A DNA stretch of 64,000 bases from an uncultured Candidatus Saccharibacteria bacterium. GTDB lineage: Bacteria; Patescibacteriota; Minisyncoccia; Phycocordibacterales; UBA1006. A program made the translations under genes and the position numbers. A model generated the notes under the pieces. The model ran no database searches and was not told where the DNA came from. It saw only the letters and a program-made list of their open reading frames with translations. Shown in pieces: positions 1-8,296 of the stretch; the first letter of the stretch is position 1, and each line of letters begins with the position of its first letter. The stretch covers positions 15,101 through 79,100 of the forward strand of contig CAZDPR010000003.1 in assembly GCA_964507625.1 (NCBI GenBank). Direction: 5' to 3'.

Positions 1-13
1 TAAAAATGTACCT

Positions 14-463
14 ATGGCACAAAAACATCCGCAGTATGGGTACATGTCCAAACATCACTTGATACCCAAATTTAGAATCCGTGTTTATTACGGTATCACC
101 TTTCGCATGCCCCATAACACTATCCGATTGTGGCGGAAACGTCATGATGCATGGCATACCTTGTTTGGTGATAAAACTATTAATGAAATTATTCGTTATT
201 TAGGTGGACGCGTACACACCATTCAGTATTACCAGCAAGAACCTTGGAAAATTTTGTTTAAAAATAATTCTGCACACAAAGCACAAAAAATTCTTATTCG
301 TGCACGCAGAATGATTCGTAAACAATATGCACATTTAGAATTTGATCCAAATCTACAGTCTAAAGTAAGGCGGATCGAAACCTATATGAACAGTCGTGTA
401 TTCGGGAGAATTTATCTCGATCATCGATTTTCACCGAAACACATAAAAGCAAAGCAGAGATGA
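14..463 (+). CDS. Small basic protein with an HNH-endonuclease-like motif (HH..IP / N / H..WH), no Cys zinc ligands
   Basis: KHHLIPK...HNTIRLWRKRHDAWHTLFG matches the HNH pattern HH-N-H. The segment is about 45% GC against about 33% for the window. A terminator hairpin lies downstream at about 918-948. Confidence 0.35.
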   Translation: MAQKHPQYGYMSKHHLIPKFRIRVYYGITFRMPHNTIRLWRKRHDAWHTLFGDKTINEIIRYLGGRVHTIQYYQQEPWKILFKNNSAHKAQKILIRARRMIRKQYAHLEFDPNLQSKVRRIETYMNSRVFGRIYLDHRFSPKHIKAKQR

Positions 464-664
464 ACTCCCTGCTTTTTATTTCTTGATTCGATATCGTGCA
501 GTTTTTTTGGCAATGCGTTCTGGTTGATCCACCCACTGTTTACCCTGTGCCGTACCCTTATTTTTTGCACGACTGGTTGCAATTTTTTCACCCACCGTCA
601 GATGTTCGCGCGCTTTTTTGGGTAAATATCGACTATGTCCCACTTCGCCTGTATAGCCCCAATC

Positions 665-862
665 TTACTTGGTCCATCGTACCAAACTATTTGCATCAGA
701 TTTTTGACCGACATACCCACCTCCACGCTCTTTATATAATTTTACTGCATACTGCATGGCACGCGCAGAAAATTTACCCATTTTCTCAACGGCTTCCATT
801 TTGCAATATTCCCATAATGGTTCGTTATCTCGAACTGCAGTTTTCCCAACTTGTTTTTTCAT
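665..862 (-). CDS. Conserved small protein (KFSARAMQ.AVKLYKERGGGYVG...LVRWTK signature; resembles a phage/bacterial small-protein family, recalled as DUF5872-like)
   Basis: 65-aa charged ORF, more protein-like than the overlapping + ORF 496..864. The family assignment is from memory and unverified. Confidence 0.35.
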   Translation of the reverse strand: MKKQVGKTAVRDNEPLWEYCKMEAVEKMGKFSARAMQYAVKLYKERGGGYVGQKSDANSLVRWTK

Positions 863-962
863 AGTTTCAGTATAGCAAAAAACTTAATAATCCAATATAA
901 AATTTATAACTAATAAAAAACCGCACCCTGCATCAGGGGCGGTTATCGAGAAAAATCAGACA

Positions 963-1652
963 CTATTTCACATAGCTATTTTCTGGTTTTTTTGTGAGCG
1001 ATTTTTTCCGAATTTCTTTACGAAAATTTTTTGCTTTTCTCCATAAAGTAAAATATCGGTACATAATCTTTTCCTTTTGATGGATAAGGTTAGATGAATA
1101 CTCGTCAATACCATCAAAATACACCCTCATGTTATCCAGACTGAACAGATCTTCTTCTGGTCCATGATCACAAAACCAAGAATTTTTCAGAATATCTGTG
1201 TATTTTCCTGTTTCTTTGATGAAAATTGCAACCTTGTGTTCCACGAGGTCTTTTGGTTTTTTAGAAACCGGATCTAGTGGTCGATTGAGTACGATGTTTT
1301 GCACTAATTGTGCATACGCGACCAATCGGTCAGACATAATTTCTGGCATGTTCCCAGAATTTTCCTTGAACGCCCGTGCAAACAAAGTTTTAGAATCTTC
1401 GGTAATCAGTACCCAGGAAAGTCCTGGTTTCATCAATTTACCGTTGATAATGCCGGTGTTTACTACGGCACGATAGCCAAGATGCTCAAAAATATACATA
1501 TCCTGGTAATGATGGAGCCCTGTTACCCTGTCGGGAAACTCTTTACCCAAACGTTCAAACTCCCGTTTCTTTTCTTCTACAGAAACGAGTCGGAACCCTA
1601 ATTCCAAAAGTCGTTCACGCAAACTCGTGATGATAGTTGATTCTTTTTTCAT
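963..1652 (-). CDS. Hypothetical protein (229 aa)
   Basis: Long ORF in an AT-rich accessory region with no recognisable motif. Confidence 0.4.
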   Translation of the reverse strand: MKKESTIITSLRERLLELGFRLVSVEEKKREFERLGKEFPDRVTGLHHYQDMYIFEHLGYRAVVNTGIINGKLMKPGLSWVLITEDSKTLFARAFKENSGNMPEIMSDRLVAYAQLVQNIVLNRPLDPVSKKPKDLVEHKVAIFIKETGKYTDILKNSWFCDHGPEEDLFSLDNMRVYFDGIDEYSSNLIHQKEKIMYRYFTLWRKAKNFRKEIRKKSLTKKPENSYVK

Positions 1653-1728
1653 ATTACAAATTTTTCTTCACACTACCACACAAATACAAAAAAGCAACAC
1701 CCTAGTGATTACTAATAAGTTATCTGTA

Positions 1729-2373
1729 CTACACCATAATCATTAAAATCGCCATTCCAATCATTACCGCATTTTCTAAAACTGTAACCCATCCCAATGG
1801 TAATGCAGTCCATGTTCCTAAACAAACACATTGGACATGTTCACCTTTTTGAATAACCTTGAATACTCCCAGGGTAGTAATTCCTAAAACAATTATTGTC
1901 ACCCATGATGCAAAAGATACCCACACCCCCGACAAAAATAACCCTGCTAGTCCAAGTTCGATCGCTGGATATATTTGTGCATACAATGGAATTTTTCCTG
2001 CAAGTGGATCATATTCGATAAACGAACGAGCAAAATTCCCCCAAGTTATTGATTTAGAAACACCAAACACAAGAAAAAAGTATCCCATCAACCAGCGATG
2101 TATATTTTGTGTATCCGATATACCATTTTTAGTAATCAGCACAGTAAAAATTGTTGCTATCACAACAACACCCAATAACACAATTAGTGCTTTATATGTT
2201 TTCCAGACTGAATGGTTTGTTGTGCCGATTTTTTGCGCACCCTTTGGCGCATGGTGATCACAATAAAAATGCATCAACCCCCGATCATCAATTATTCGAT
2301 AAGTCGCATCCATAGAACATAGTTCACATTTCATATACTCGAGTATATCGCAAAACAAACACAAATAAAACAC
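1729..2373 (-). CDS. MauE/DoxX-family membrane protein with N-terminal Cys/His zinc-ribbon-like module
   Basis: N-terminus has C-x2-C-x18-C-DHH (CELCSMD...HFYCDHH). Several TM helices follow, with a CVCLG motif in the last TM segment. Confidence 0.45.
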   Translation of the reverse strand: MFYLCLFCDILEYMKCELCSMDATYRIIDDRGLMHFYCDHHAPKGAQKIGTTNHSVWKTYKALIVLLGVVVIATIFTVLITKNGISDTQNIHRWLMGYFFLVFGVSKSITWGNFARSFIEYDPLAGKIPLYAQIYPAIELGLAGLFLSGVWVSFASWVTIIVLGITTLGVFKVIQKGEHVQCVCLGTWTALPLGWVTVLENAVMIGMAILMIMV

Positions 2374-2532
2374 CTCCTAAGGGTGTTTTATTTAACTTAT
2401 CAATATAATCACTAACGCCAGTGCCAACATCCCCATCGCTGGTAATGCTTTTATGATATTATCGCGGACCTTGACATGCATCGCAATTGCCCCTTTATTG
2501 AAATTCTTTTAAATATGTGCTATACTATACAC

Positions 2533-2700
2533 ATGAAGATTAATGCAAAATCAATTAATAAACCACTTTCAGCATCTCAAAAAAAGGTGCTTAAATCTCG
2601 TGGGTTTGATTCTGCAATTGCATCATTTAAAATTGAAGGTGTGTCTTTTTCAAAAGACAAAATCTCCTCACTCCGTTCACGACTCCATTCTGTTAAATAA
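2533..2700 (+). CDS. VbhA/YhfG-like small antitoxin candidate (Fic-inhibitory S-x-x-x-E-G motif)
   Basis: 55 aa. AIASFKIEGVSF resembles the VbhA ALASQRLEGLEP inhibitory motif. Its own promoter is TTGAAA(2498-2503)-17-tgcTATACT(2521-2526), 7 nt before the ATG. A terminator hairpin lies at 2725-2752. Confidence 0.4.
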   Translation: MKINAKSINKPLSASQKKVLKSRGFDSAIASFKIEGVSFSKDKISSLRSRLHSVK

Positions 2701-2724
2701 TTCAATCATTGGATTAACATTTGC

Positions 2725-2752
2725 AACTGCTGCCTGCTGGACAGCAGTTTTA
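2725..2752 (+). terminator. Rho-independent terminator (AACTGCTG-loop-CAGCAGTT + T run)
   Basis: Perfect 8-bp stem followed by TTTT. Confidence 0.6.
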
Positions 2753-2817
2753 TTATAGTAATAGTATACCAAAAATAACCCGAGATGGTTTATTTTTATA
2801 CATTGCATTGATATCTT

Positions 2818-3033
2818 CTAGAAAAAAGTCTTTACATACAGTTGTTCTACTTTGGCGCGTGCCCATGGGGTTTTCCGTAAAAATACCAAACTGGATTTGA
2901 TACTGGGATCGATCTGGAAACAGTTAATATTCACCCGCATTCCCATTTCACCCCAACCCAAACGATCCACCAATTCCTGGAGGATCATTTCGAGTGTTTT
3001 GTTTTGGAAGGGGTTATTGTGAGATATTGACAT
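2818..3033 (-). CDS. DUF2132 (VF530-like) domain protein
   Basis: [25 protein letters not shown]...[16 protein letters not shown] matches the DUF2132 signature. Confidence 0.6.
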   Translation of the reverse strand: MSISHNNPFQNKTLEMILQELVDRLGWGEMGMRVNINCFQIDPSIKSSLVFLRKTPWARAKVEQLYVKTFF

Positions 3034-3078
3034 ATATATTTATTTATATTATATTAATACAAACAAAAAATCAAGAAA

Positions 3079-3498
3079 ATGACTCGAGAACAAAAACTAG
3101 CTCTTATTTCAATCGGTGCAACCTGGTGGGCAAATTACCTGGAAAAACCAGCCCGAGGAGATTCTGCAAACGGCGGAATCGGAGGATTCGGTTCTGTACT
3201 TGCCACCTTCGCAAAAATAACTGTCCAAAAACCTGTTACCAAAGATCAAATTGAACTTTTCAAAAAATCATTGACGGAACAAGTTGGACGAAACATTTAT
3301 GACACTCATCCAGATCAAACACTCACTATCGGGACTGACTGGGCCCCAGAAATGGAACTCGCAAACGCGTGCCATGAATCTGGAGTCAGTGGTACAGAAT
3401 TTCCTAGTAAAACCACTATGTGGATTAATTTTGGAAAAGGTACCATTTCGGTTGCTGTTGGTATTACAGACTCAAAGGTTATCTATACTGCAAAATAG
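3079..3498 (+). CDS. Hypothetical protein (139 aa)
   Basis: Own consensus promoter TTGACA(3027-3032)-17-TATATT(3050-3055) and terminator 3519-3545. Confidence 0.5.
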   Translation: MTREQKLALISIGATWWANYLEKPARGDSANGGIGGFGSVLATFAKITVQKPVTKDQIELFKKSLTEQVGRNIYDTHPDQTLTIGTDWAPEMELANACHESGVSGTEFPSKTTMWINFGKGTISVAVGITDSKVIYTAK

Positions 3499-3518
3499 AT
3501 TAGATACACAATGTACAA

Positions 3519-3545
3519 GGACGAACTTCGGTTCGTCTTTTTTGT
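3519..3545 (+). terminator. Rho-independent terminator (GACGAAC-ttcg-GTTCGTC + T7)
   Basis: Perfect 7-bp GC-rich stem with a TTCG loop, followed by tttttttg. Confidence 0.8.
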
Positions 3546-3609
3546 TAAGTAATAAGGAAAATAAAATAACCTGAAGTGGGTTATTTTATTTTAAGCCAAT
3601 TTTTATAAA

Positions 3610-3876
3610 TTATAATATCATTATCTCAATGAAACCTTTTGCAAGTAACTCTGTAGTTCCCTCGCGCAAATCATGCAGGTTTTCCCATAATTGAAAGGTT
3701 TGATAACTATCGTCTTCTGATATCATTTCCCATTCATCAGGTTCGACTTCTACATAATCATCATCTTCGGGCGTATATTCCTGACACATTACCAAGAATG
3801 GAAAATAAAAATCTGGGTGTTCGTGGCAGTATTTTAATAATTGAATAGCAAGGTCTCGGGTTATGTTCATAGTCAA
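3610..3876 (-). CDS. Highly acidic small protein (88 aa, about 21 D/E vs 4 K/R)
   Basis: Acidic run PEDDDYVEVEPDEWEMISEDDS, located directly downstream of the DpnI-like gene. Confidence 0.45.
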   Translation of the reverse strand: MTMNITRDLAIQLLKYCHEHPDFYFPFLVMCQEYTPEDDDYVEVEPDEWEMISEDDSYQTFQLWENLHDLREGTTELLAKGFIEIMIL

Positions 3877-3941
3877 AAATAGATCATTAGATTAATAATG
3901 ATCTGATCATTGATCAAAATAAAAATAAGATCAAGTCTTTT

Positions 3942-4706
3942 TTATGTAACTGTGTATAATCCTTTTCCTATAAATTCAAGGTACCCTTTATCTCGTAAGA
4001 ATTGTAATTGTTGGCGAATTTTTGCTTGAATATTATTGTTTTCTGGATGAATCTTTTTAAGTTCAGGTTCAAATGCATACATGTCAGTTAGGGTAAATTC
4101 TTTTTTATTTAAAGCATCAATACAATTCATAATATCAAGAATCCAACCTTTCGCTTCTACTTTTTTAATTTTTTTCAAAAAAACTGTCTTTTGCCATTTT
4201 TCTAAAACGTCTTTTTTAGAAATTTCTTTTCCATTTTCAATATAAAAAATTTGTCCCGCTTTTGGAATTTTAGAAAATAGAATATTTGAACCGACCCAGC
4301 CAGCCCGGCGAGCAGTTGGAGACAAAGGCTTCCTTTTTTCAATAATTTCAGATACGAAAAAATGCTTTGGTACCACAAAGAAATCATTCACCAATAATGT
4401 TTCTAAATATTCCATGAAAAAGAAATTTGGTTTTTCTGGAGAGTTAATTCTTTTAATCATTTCTGAATATGCTCCCGCAGCAACAGTTTTTCCAATCTTA
4501 CCTTTTTTAGATTTTAACTCAAAATCCTCGGTACATTTTTTGCAGTAAAAATCAGCTACGGGTTTATTATTTTCATATTCATTTATTAAATTTCCACAAC
4601 TGGGACAATAAATTTCACGTAAAACCCATCTCTCTGTAAGGATACGAGCTTTTTGACTTGCACTTGTGTAGTTCTCAGCTTCTTTAAGGTTGAATAATAA
4701 GTTCAT
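3942..4706 (-). CDS. dpnI-like: DpnI-family methyl-directed (G-m6A-TC) Type IIM restriction endonuclease
   Basis: N-terminus LFNLKEAENYTSASQKARILTERWVLREIYCPSCGN...ADFYCKKCTEDFELKSKKG matches the DpnI catalytic PD-(D/E)xK/E-x-K region. The C-terminal winged-helix part ends IRQQLQFLRDKGYLEFIGKGLY. Full length is 254 aa, as in DpnI. Confidence 0.7.
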   Translation of the reverse strand: MNLLFNLKEAENYTSASQKARILTERWVLREIYCPSCGNLINEYENNKPVADFYCKKCTEDFELKSKKGKIGKTVAAGAYSEMIKRINSPEKPNFFFMEYLETLLVNDFFVVPKHFFVSEIIEKRKPLSPTARRAGWVGSNILFSKIPKAGQIFYIENGKEISKKDVLEKWQKTVFLKKIKKVEAKGWILDIMNCIDALNKKEFTLTDMYAFEPELKKIHPENNNIQAKIRQQLQFLRDKGYLEFIGKGLYTVT

Positions 4707-4872
4707 ATGATTTAATTAATTATTGAAAATTTTCTGTTTAAATAAAATAGTTTAATATATCTAATACTATATATTTTCGCATAATTACAAACAATATTCA
4801 ACCCACCATTTTAAAACCAAAAAACCGCCTTTTCAGCAGTTCCTGTTATCTCCTCCTATTCCCACATTAAGC

Positions 4873-5163
4873 CTACGCCCTTTTATGAATCTCCACCTGT
4901 ACCATAACCATATCCCCTTCCCAGATATCCTGTGCCGTACGCACTGACTTTTTAATCGCAATCAAAAATGCTTGATCGCGCAAATGAGGCAACAATGACG
5001 TCTGCCAAGAGGTAGATCCAATGGTAATGGTCGCACGCAGTAATCCCTTGCCATACTGATCACGAATTGGACCAAATAATTCCCGCGGGACATAGACGAA
5101 ATACCACGGCGTATTCCCTGGCCATTTCCATACCTTTGCAGAAAAAGAAAATTCAGGTGACAT
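4873..5163 (-). CDS. DUF1905 domain protein
   Basis: VWKWPGNTPWYFVYVP...ATITIGSTSWQTSLLP...GDMVMVQV fits the DUF1905 pattern. Confidence 0.55.
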   Translation of the reverse strand: MSPEFSFSAKVWKWPGNTPWYFVYVPRELFGPIRDQYGKGLLRATITIGSTSWQTSLLPHLRDQAFLIAIKKSVRTAQDIWEGDMVMVQVEIHKRA

Positions 5164-5169
5164 AATGGG

Positions 5170-6144
5170 TTATTTTTTCTTCACTACCAATAATTGTGTC
5201 ACCAATGCCGTCATTTGATCTTTTTTCTCGGGCTTACTTTCTGCAATTAATAACGTCAGCGCGGTGAGCGTGCTCGGATTAATATTTCTATACCCCTTTA
5301 CCTGATATTTACGCAAAAACCAAATAAACGCCCATGCACCACTGCGTTTATTCCCATCAACGAACGGGTGGTTTTTCACCATAAAATATAACAAGTGTGC
5401 TGCTTTTTCTTCGGTAGTTGCATAAATTGGTTTTCCGTCGAATGACTGCATCACGTTTCCGATGATCCCCTCTACTGATCCCATTGATCGTTCTTGAGCA
5501 AAAATGTCAGTTGCTTCACCTTTTTTGATCAAGTCATTACGGAGCGTCGCAATCGAATCACGTAATTCATCTGCAGATACGGTGATTGATTTTTTGGCGG
5601 TTCCTACTGGGGTGAGTAATTCTTTGTCATATGCATCGAGTGATGCCCATGTGGTAGAAAATTCTTTTACTAATTCTAAAATACTTTTTGGATCTAATGT
5701 GGCATGTTCAGGGAGGAGGTTTTGGATTGCGGTAACGGTTTTGAGGAATTCCTGATGATTCTTTTGAATTTGCTTACGATTTATCACATAACCTTTGATA
5801 AAGTAATCTTTTAAGATCTTACTTACCCATTTACGAAATTCAATTGCTCGACCTGAATTCGTCCGATATCCAACTGCTAAAATAATATCCAAGGAGTAGA
5901 AATTAACGGGTTTATCAGAATTTGCAATGTGCATTTTTTGCACATTGCTTTTTTCACCAACTTCTTTTGATTTTAAAATATTATTAATGTGTTTAGTAAC
6001 TACTGATCGTTCTACTCCAAACACCTCGGCAATTTGTGCCTGAGTCGCCCAAATCGTTTCATGCGAAAAATCCCCACGGAACTGAATTTCTCCGGAAGAT
6101 GCTTGATATAACACTACAGAATTTTTAACGATTGGTTTTTTCAT
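5170..6144 (-). CDS. RhuM-family N-terminal domain fused to a Fic/Doc-fold domain (noncanonical motif HPFVDGNKRSG, Doc-like)
   Basis: The N-terminus is the COG3943/RhuM signature (FYSLDIILAVGYRTNSGRAIEFRKW). The C-terminal motif HPFVDGNKR is closer to the Doc kinase motif HxFxD(A/G)NKR than to the Fic motif GNGR. No in-cis S/TxxxE(G/N) inhibitory motif is present. Confidence 0.7.
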   Translation of the reverse strand: MKKPIVKNSVVLYQASSGEIQFRGDFSHETIWATQAQIAEVFGVERSVVTKHINNILKSKEVGEKSNVQKMHIANSDKPVNFYSLDIILAVGYRTNSGRAIEFRKWVSKILKDYFIKGYVINRKQIQKNHQEFLKTVTAIQNLLPEHATLDPKSILELVKEFSTTWASLDAYDKELLTPVGTAKKSITVSADELRDSIATLRNDLIKKGEATDIFAQERSMGSVEGIIGNVMQSFDGKPIYATTEEKAAHLLYFMVKNHPFVDGNKRSGAWAFIWFLRKYQVKGYRNINPSTLTALTLLIAESKPEKKDQMTALVTQLLVVKKK

Positions 6145-6186
6145 ATACTACAACCATTGAATCATATTTTGTGTTACCTGTATAGA

Positions 6187-6678
6187 TTATGTACCCAAAT
6201 AACTATCAAAATAAATCGCATGGCAGGTGTAGCCACCAGGGTTTTTTTGGAGATAGTCCTGATGATATTCTTCGGCTTTGTAAAATTTTGTAAACGGTTC
6301 CAGTGTTGTCACTACTGGGTGTGACCAGCGTTTTGAATCATTGACGATTTTGATAAAATCTTCTGCTTGTTTTTTCTCGTCATCGTTTTGATAAAAAATG
6401 GCACTGCGATACGATGTCCCGATATCGTTCCCCTGTTGATTCAAGGTGGTTGGGTTATGAATCTGGAAGAAAAAATCGAGTAATTTCCAAAATGATGTTT
6501 GTGTATCGTCATACGCGATATCGAGCGCCTCCGCGTGTCCAGGGTGGTTTTCATAAGTTGGATTATCATTATCACCACCGGTATACCCTGCAACAATATC
6601 CACAACCCCTGGCTGGGTGCGCATGAGCTCTTCCAATCCCCAAAAACATCCCCCTGCAAAATATGCGTGTTTGATCAT
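6187..6678 (-). CDS. msrA: Peptide methionine sulfoxide reductase MsrA
   Basis: GGCFWG active-site motif; start taken at MIKHAYFAGGCFWG. Confidence 0.85.
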   Translation of the reverse strand: MIKHAYFAGGCFWGLEELMRTQPGVVDIVAGYTGGDNDNPTYENHPGHAEALDIAYDDTQTSFWKLLDFFFQIHNPTTLNQQGNDIGTSYRSAIFYQNDDEKKQAEDFIKIVNDSKRWSHPVVTTLEPFTKFYKAEEYHQDYLQKNPGGYTCHAIYFDSYLGT

Positions 6679-6718
6679 ATTGATCAGTGTAGCACAAACT
6701 ATTCTGATACAAAAAACC

Positions 6719-6928
6719 CTATTGTAAATCAATAGGGCAAGTATTTTTTCCGATAATCTGATACCACAAACACCAACTCATTACTGCTTGGAAAAAGCAA
6801 AAAAGTGCACCAATAATCAAAACTACTTGTACCCAAGCTACGGTTGCAACAAACAACGCAAGTGCTAATAAAATAACCCCCAGTACTGCGCGCATAATGC
6901 GGTCAGCGGTTCCAATGTTTTTCTTCAT
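6719..6928 (-). CDS. DUF2892 (YgaP-C-like) small membrane protein
   Basis: MKKNIGTADRIMRAVLGVILLALALF followed by two TM helices. Confidence 0.55.
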   Translation of the reverse strand: MKKNIGTADRIMRAVLGVILLALALFVATVAWVQVVLIIGALFCFFQAVMSWCLWYQIIGKNTCPIDLQ

Positions 6929-7020
6929 ACCCCTACAGTGTACCCGATTTTGCACAGGATGAATACTTTTTTGAATTATTGACAAAATAGTTAAAAATAT
7001 ATAGAGTAAAGAAAAAAACT

Positions 7021-7350
7021 ATGGATCAAGAAAAGATAGATACACTCGTGTATAATGTTGCTCATTGGTTCTTTCTAAGAATCAAGGAGCAAAACATTGC
7101 AAAAACAATTCCTGGAGAAGATCTCGAAAGTTTCGAAAAAACTCTTATGTTGCATTTTCAAAATGAACTGATAAAAAGGAATGGTAGGCTCGCAATTCAA
7201 GAAGCTGATCGATTAATACTACAAATAATAATGGGAGCTGCGGAAATACACAATATTCCTAAAAAAATAATTCCCAAAGGTTTTTATTTTCTCATTAGAG
7301 TTGAGTATATGGATGTACACAATAAAAATATTTGCATATTAAGACTCTAA
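7021..7350 (+). CDS. Hypothetical protein (109 aa)
   Basis: ORF followed by candidate hairpins at 7354-7376 and 7386-7406. Confidence 0.35.
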   Translation: MDQEKIDTLVYNVAHWFFLRIKEQNIAKTIPGEDLESFEKTLMLHFQNELIKRNGRLAIQEADRLILQIIMGAAEIHNIPKKIIPKGFYFLIRVEYMDVHNKNICILRL

Positions 7351-7392
7351 TCCAAAAAGCTCGTAAGGGCTTTTTTATATACAAAAACACAC

Positions 7393-7863
7393 CTATTCGG
7401 TGTGTGTATCTTTTACGATACAAGCAATGTATCCTGTTTTTGGAATATCTTTACTACTCGTATGTAAAAATTTATGAAATGATAGTGTCATATCAGAATA
7501 TCTACTGAACCCAACAATAGAAGAACTTGCTTCCCTGTTCATAAAATCGTGATTCAAGATAAACACACGTGCAGTAAAAATTTTTTCATGCTGTTTGGTA
7601 TATTGAATTAATTGACTAGTCTGATTTTCATCAAGATATTCAATAGTTTTCTTTTGGTGTTGTATCCAATTTTGGAATCGTTCAAGAATTTTATGAAATG
7701 ATAACACTTTTTCATCTCTCTTGATTCGATTGAATTTATAGATATGTATGAGGTTGCCATCTATTTGATAACATTGGGACAGTTCCAAAATATTTTTTTC
7801 TATTTCCGTGTTTTGCTGATTTTCTAGTATTGAGTAGTTCGTTTTCATTTTTTTTTGGTTCAC
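7393..7863 (-). CDS. Hypothetical protein (156 aa)
   Basis: ORF only. Confidence 0.4.
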   Translation of the reverse strand: MNQKKMKTNYSILENQQNTEIEKNILELSQCYQIDGNLIHIYKFNRIKRDEKVLSFHKILERFQNWIQHQKKTIEYLDENQTSQLIQYTKQHEKIFTARVFILNHDFMNREASSSIVGFSRYSDMTLSFHKFLHTSSKDIPKTGYIACIVKDTHTE

Positions 7864-7897
7864 TGCTTTATATCACAAAAATATTAAAAAGTAAAAC

Positions 7898-8290
7898 CTA
7901 CCAGTTCATGATCGTAATTGTCACCTGGAGAACCGTTGCAAACAATACCCAGCCAAGGTACGGAATATTCACGAGTGTCACCCACCGCGCGTGAGGATAA
8001 ATTGCAATCATTGCCCAAATGAGTGTTCCAAGTACCAAAAATATATCAATCATCGCCAGAACATTATTCTGTAACCCAAACTGGATCGGTGTGAACAGTG
8101 CATTAAAAATGATATTAAGGATAAATGGGAGCGCTACGATAAAAGGAATTTGTCGCATAACGAGCAAATATCCTACATATCCAAAAGAAACAGCAATAAT
8201 TGCATAGAGTACGGACCATACGGGACCAAAAAGCCACCCCGGCGGTGCCCATGTTGGTTTTATTAAGGTTTGATACCACATTGATTGCAT
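7898..8290 (-). CDS. tspO: TspO/MBR tryptophan-rich sensory protein
   Basis: WYQTLIKPTWAPPGWLFGPVWSVLY plus 5 TM helices. Confidence 0.8.
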   Translation of the reverse strand: MQSMWYQTLIKPTWAPPGWLFGPVWSVLYAIIAVSFGYVGYLLVMRQIPFIVALPFILNIIFNALFTPIQFGLQNNVLAMIDIFLVLGTLIWAMIAIYPHARWVTLVNIPYLGWVLFATVLQVTITIMNW

Positions 8291-8296
8291 AGATGA

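Noticed and set aside
496-864. 122-aa + ORF overlapping the 65-aa minus-strand ORF
   Set aside because: Hydrophobic and low-complexity, with Pro/His/Leu runs typical of an antisense frame. The opposite-strand 65-aa ORF has a conserved-looking charged motif.
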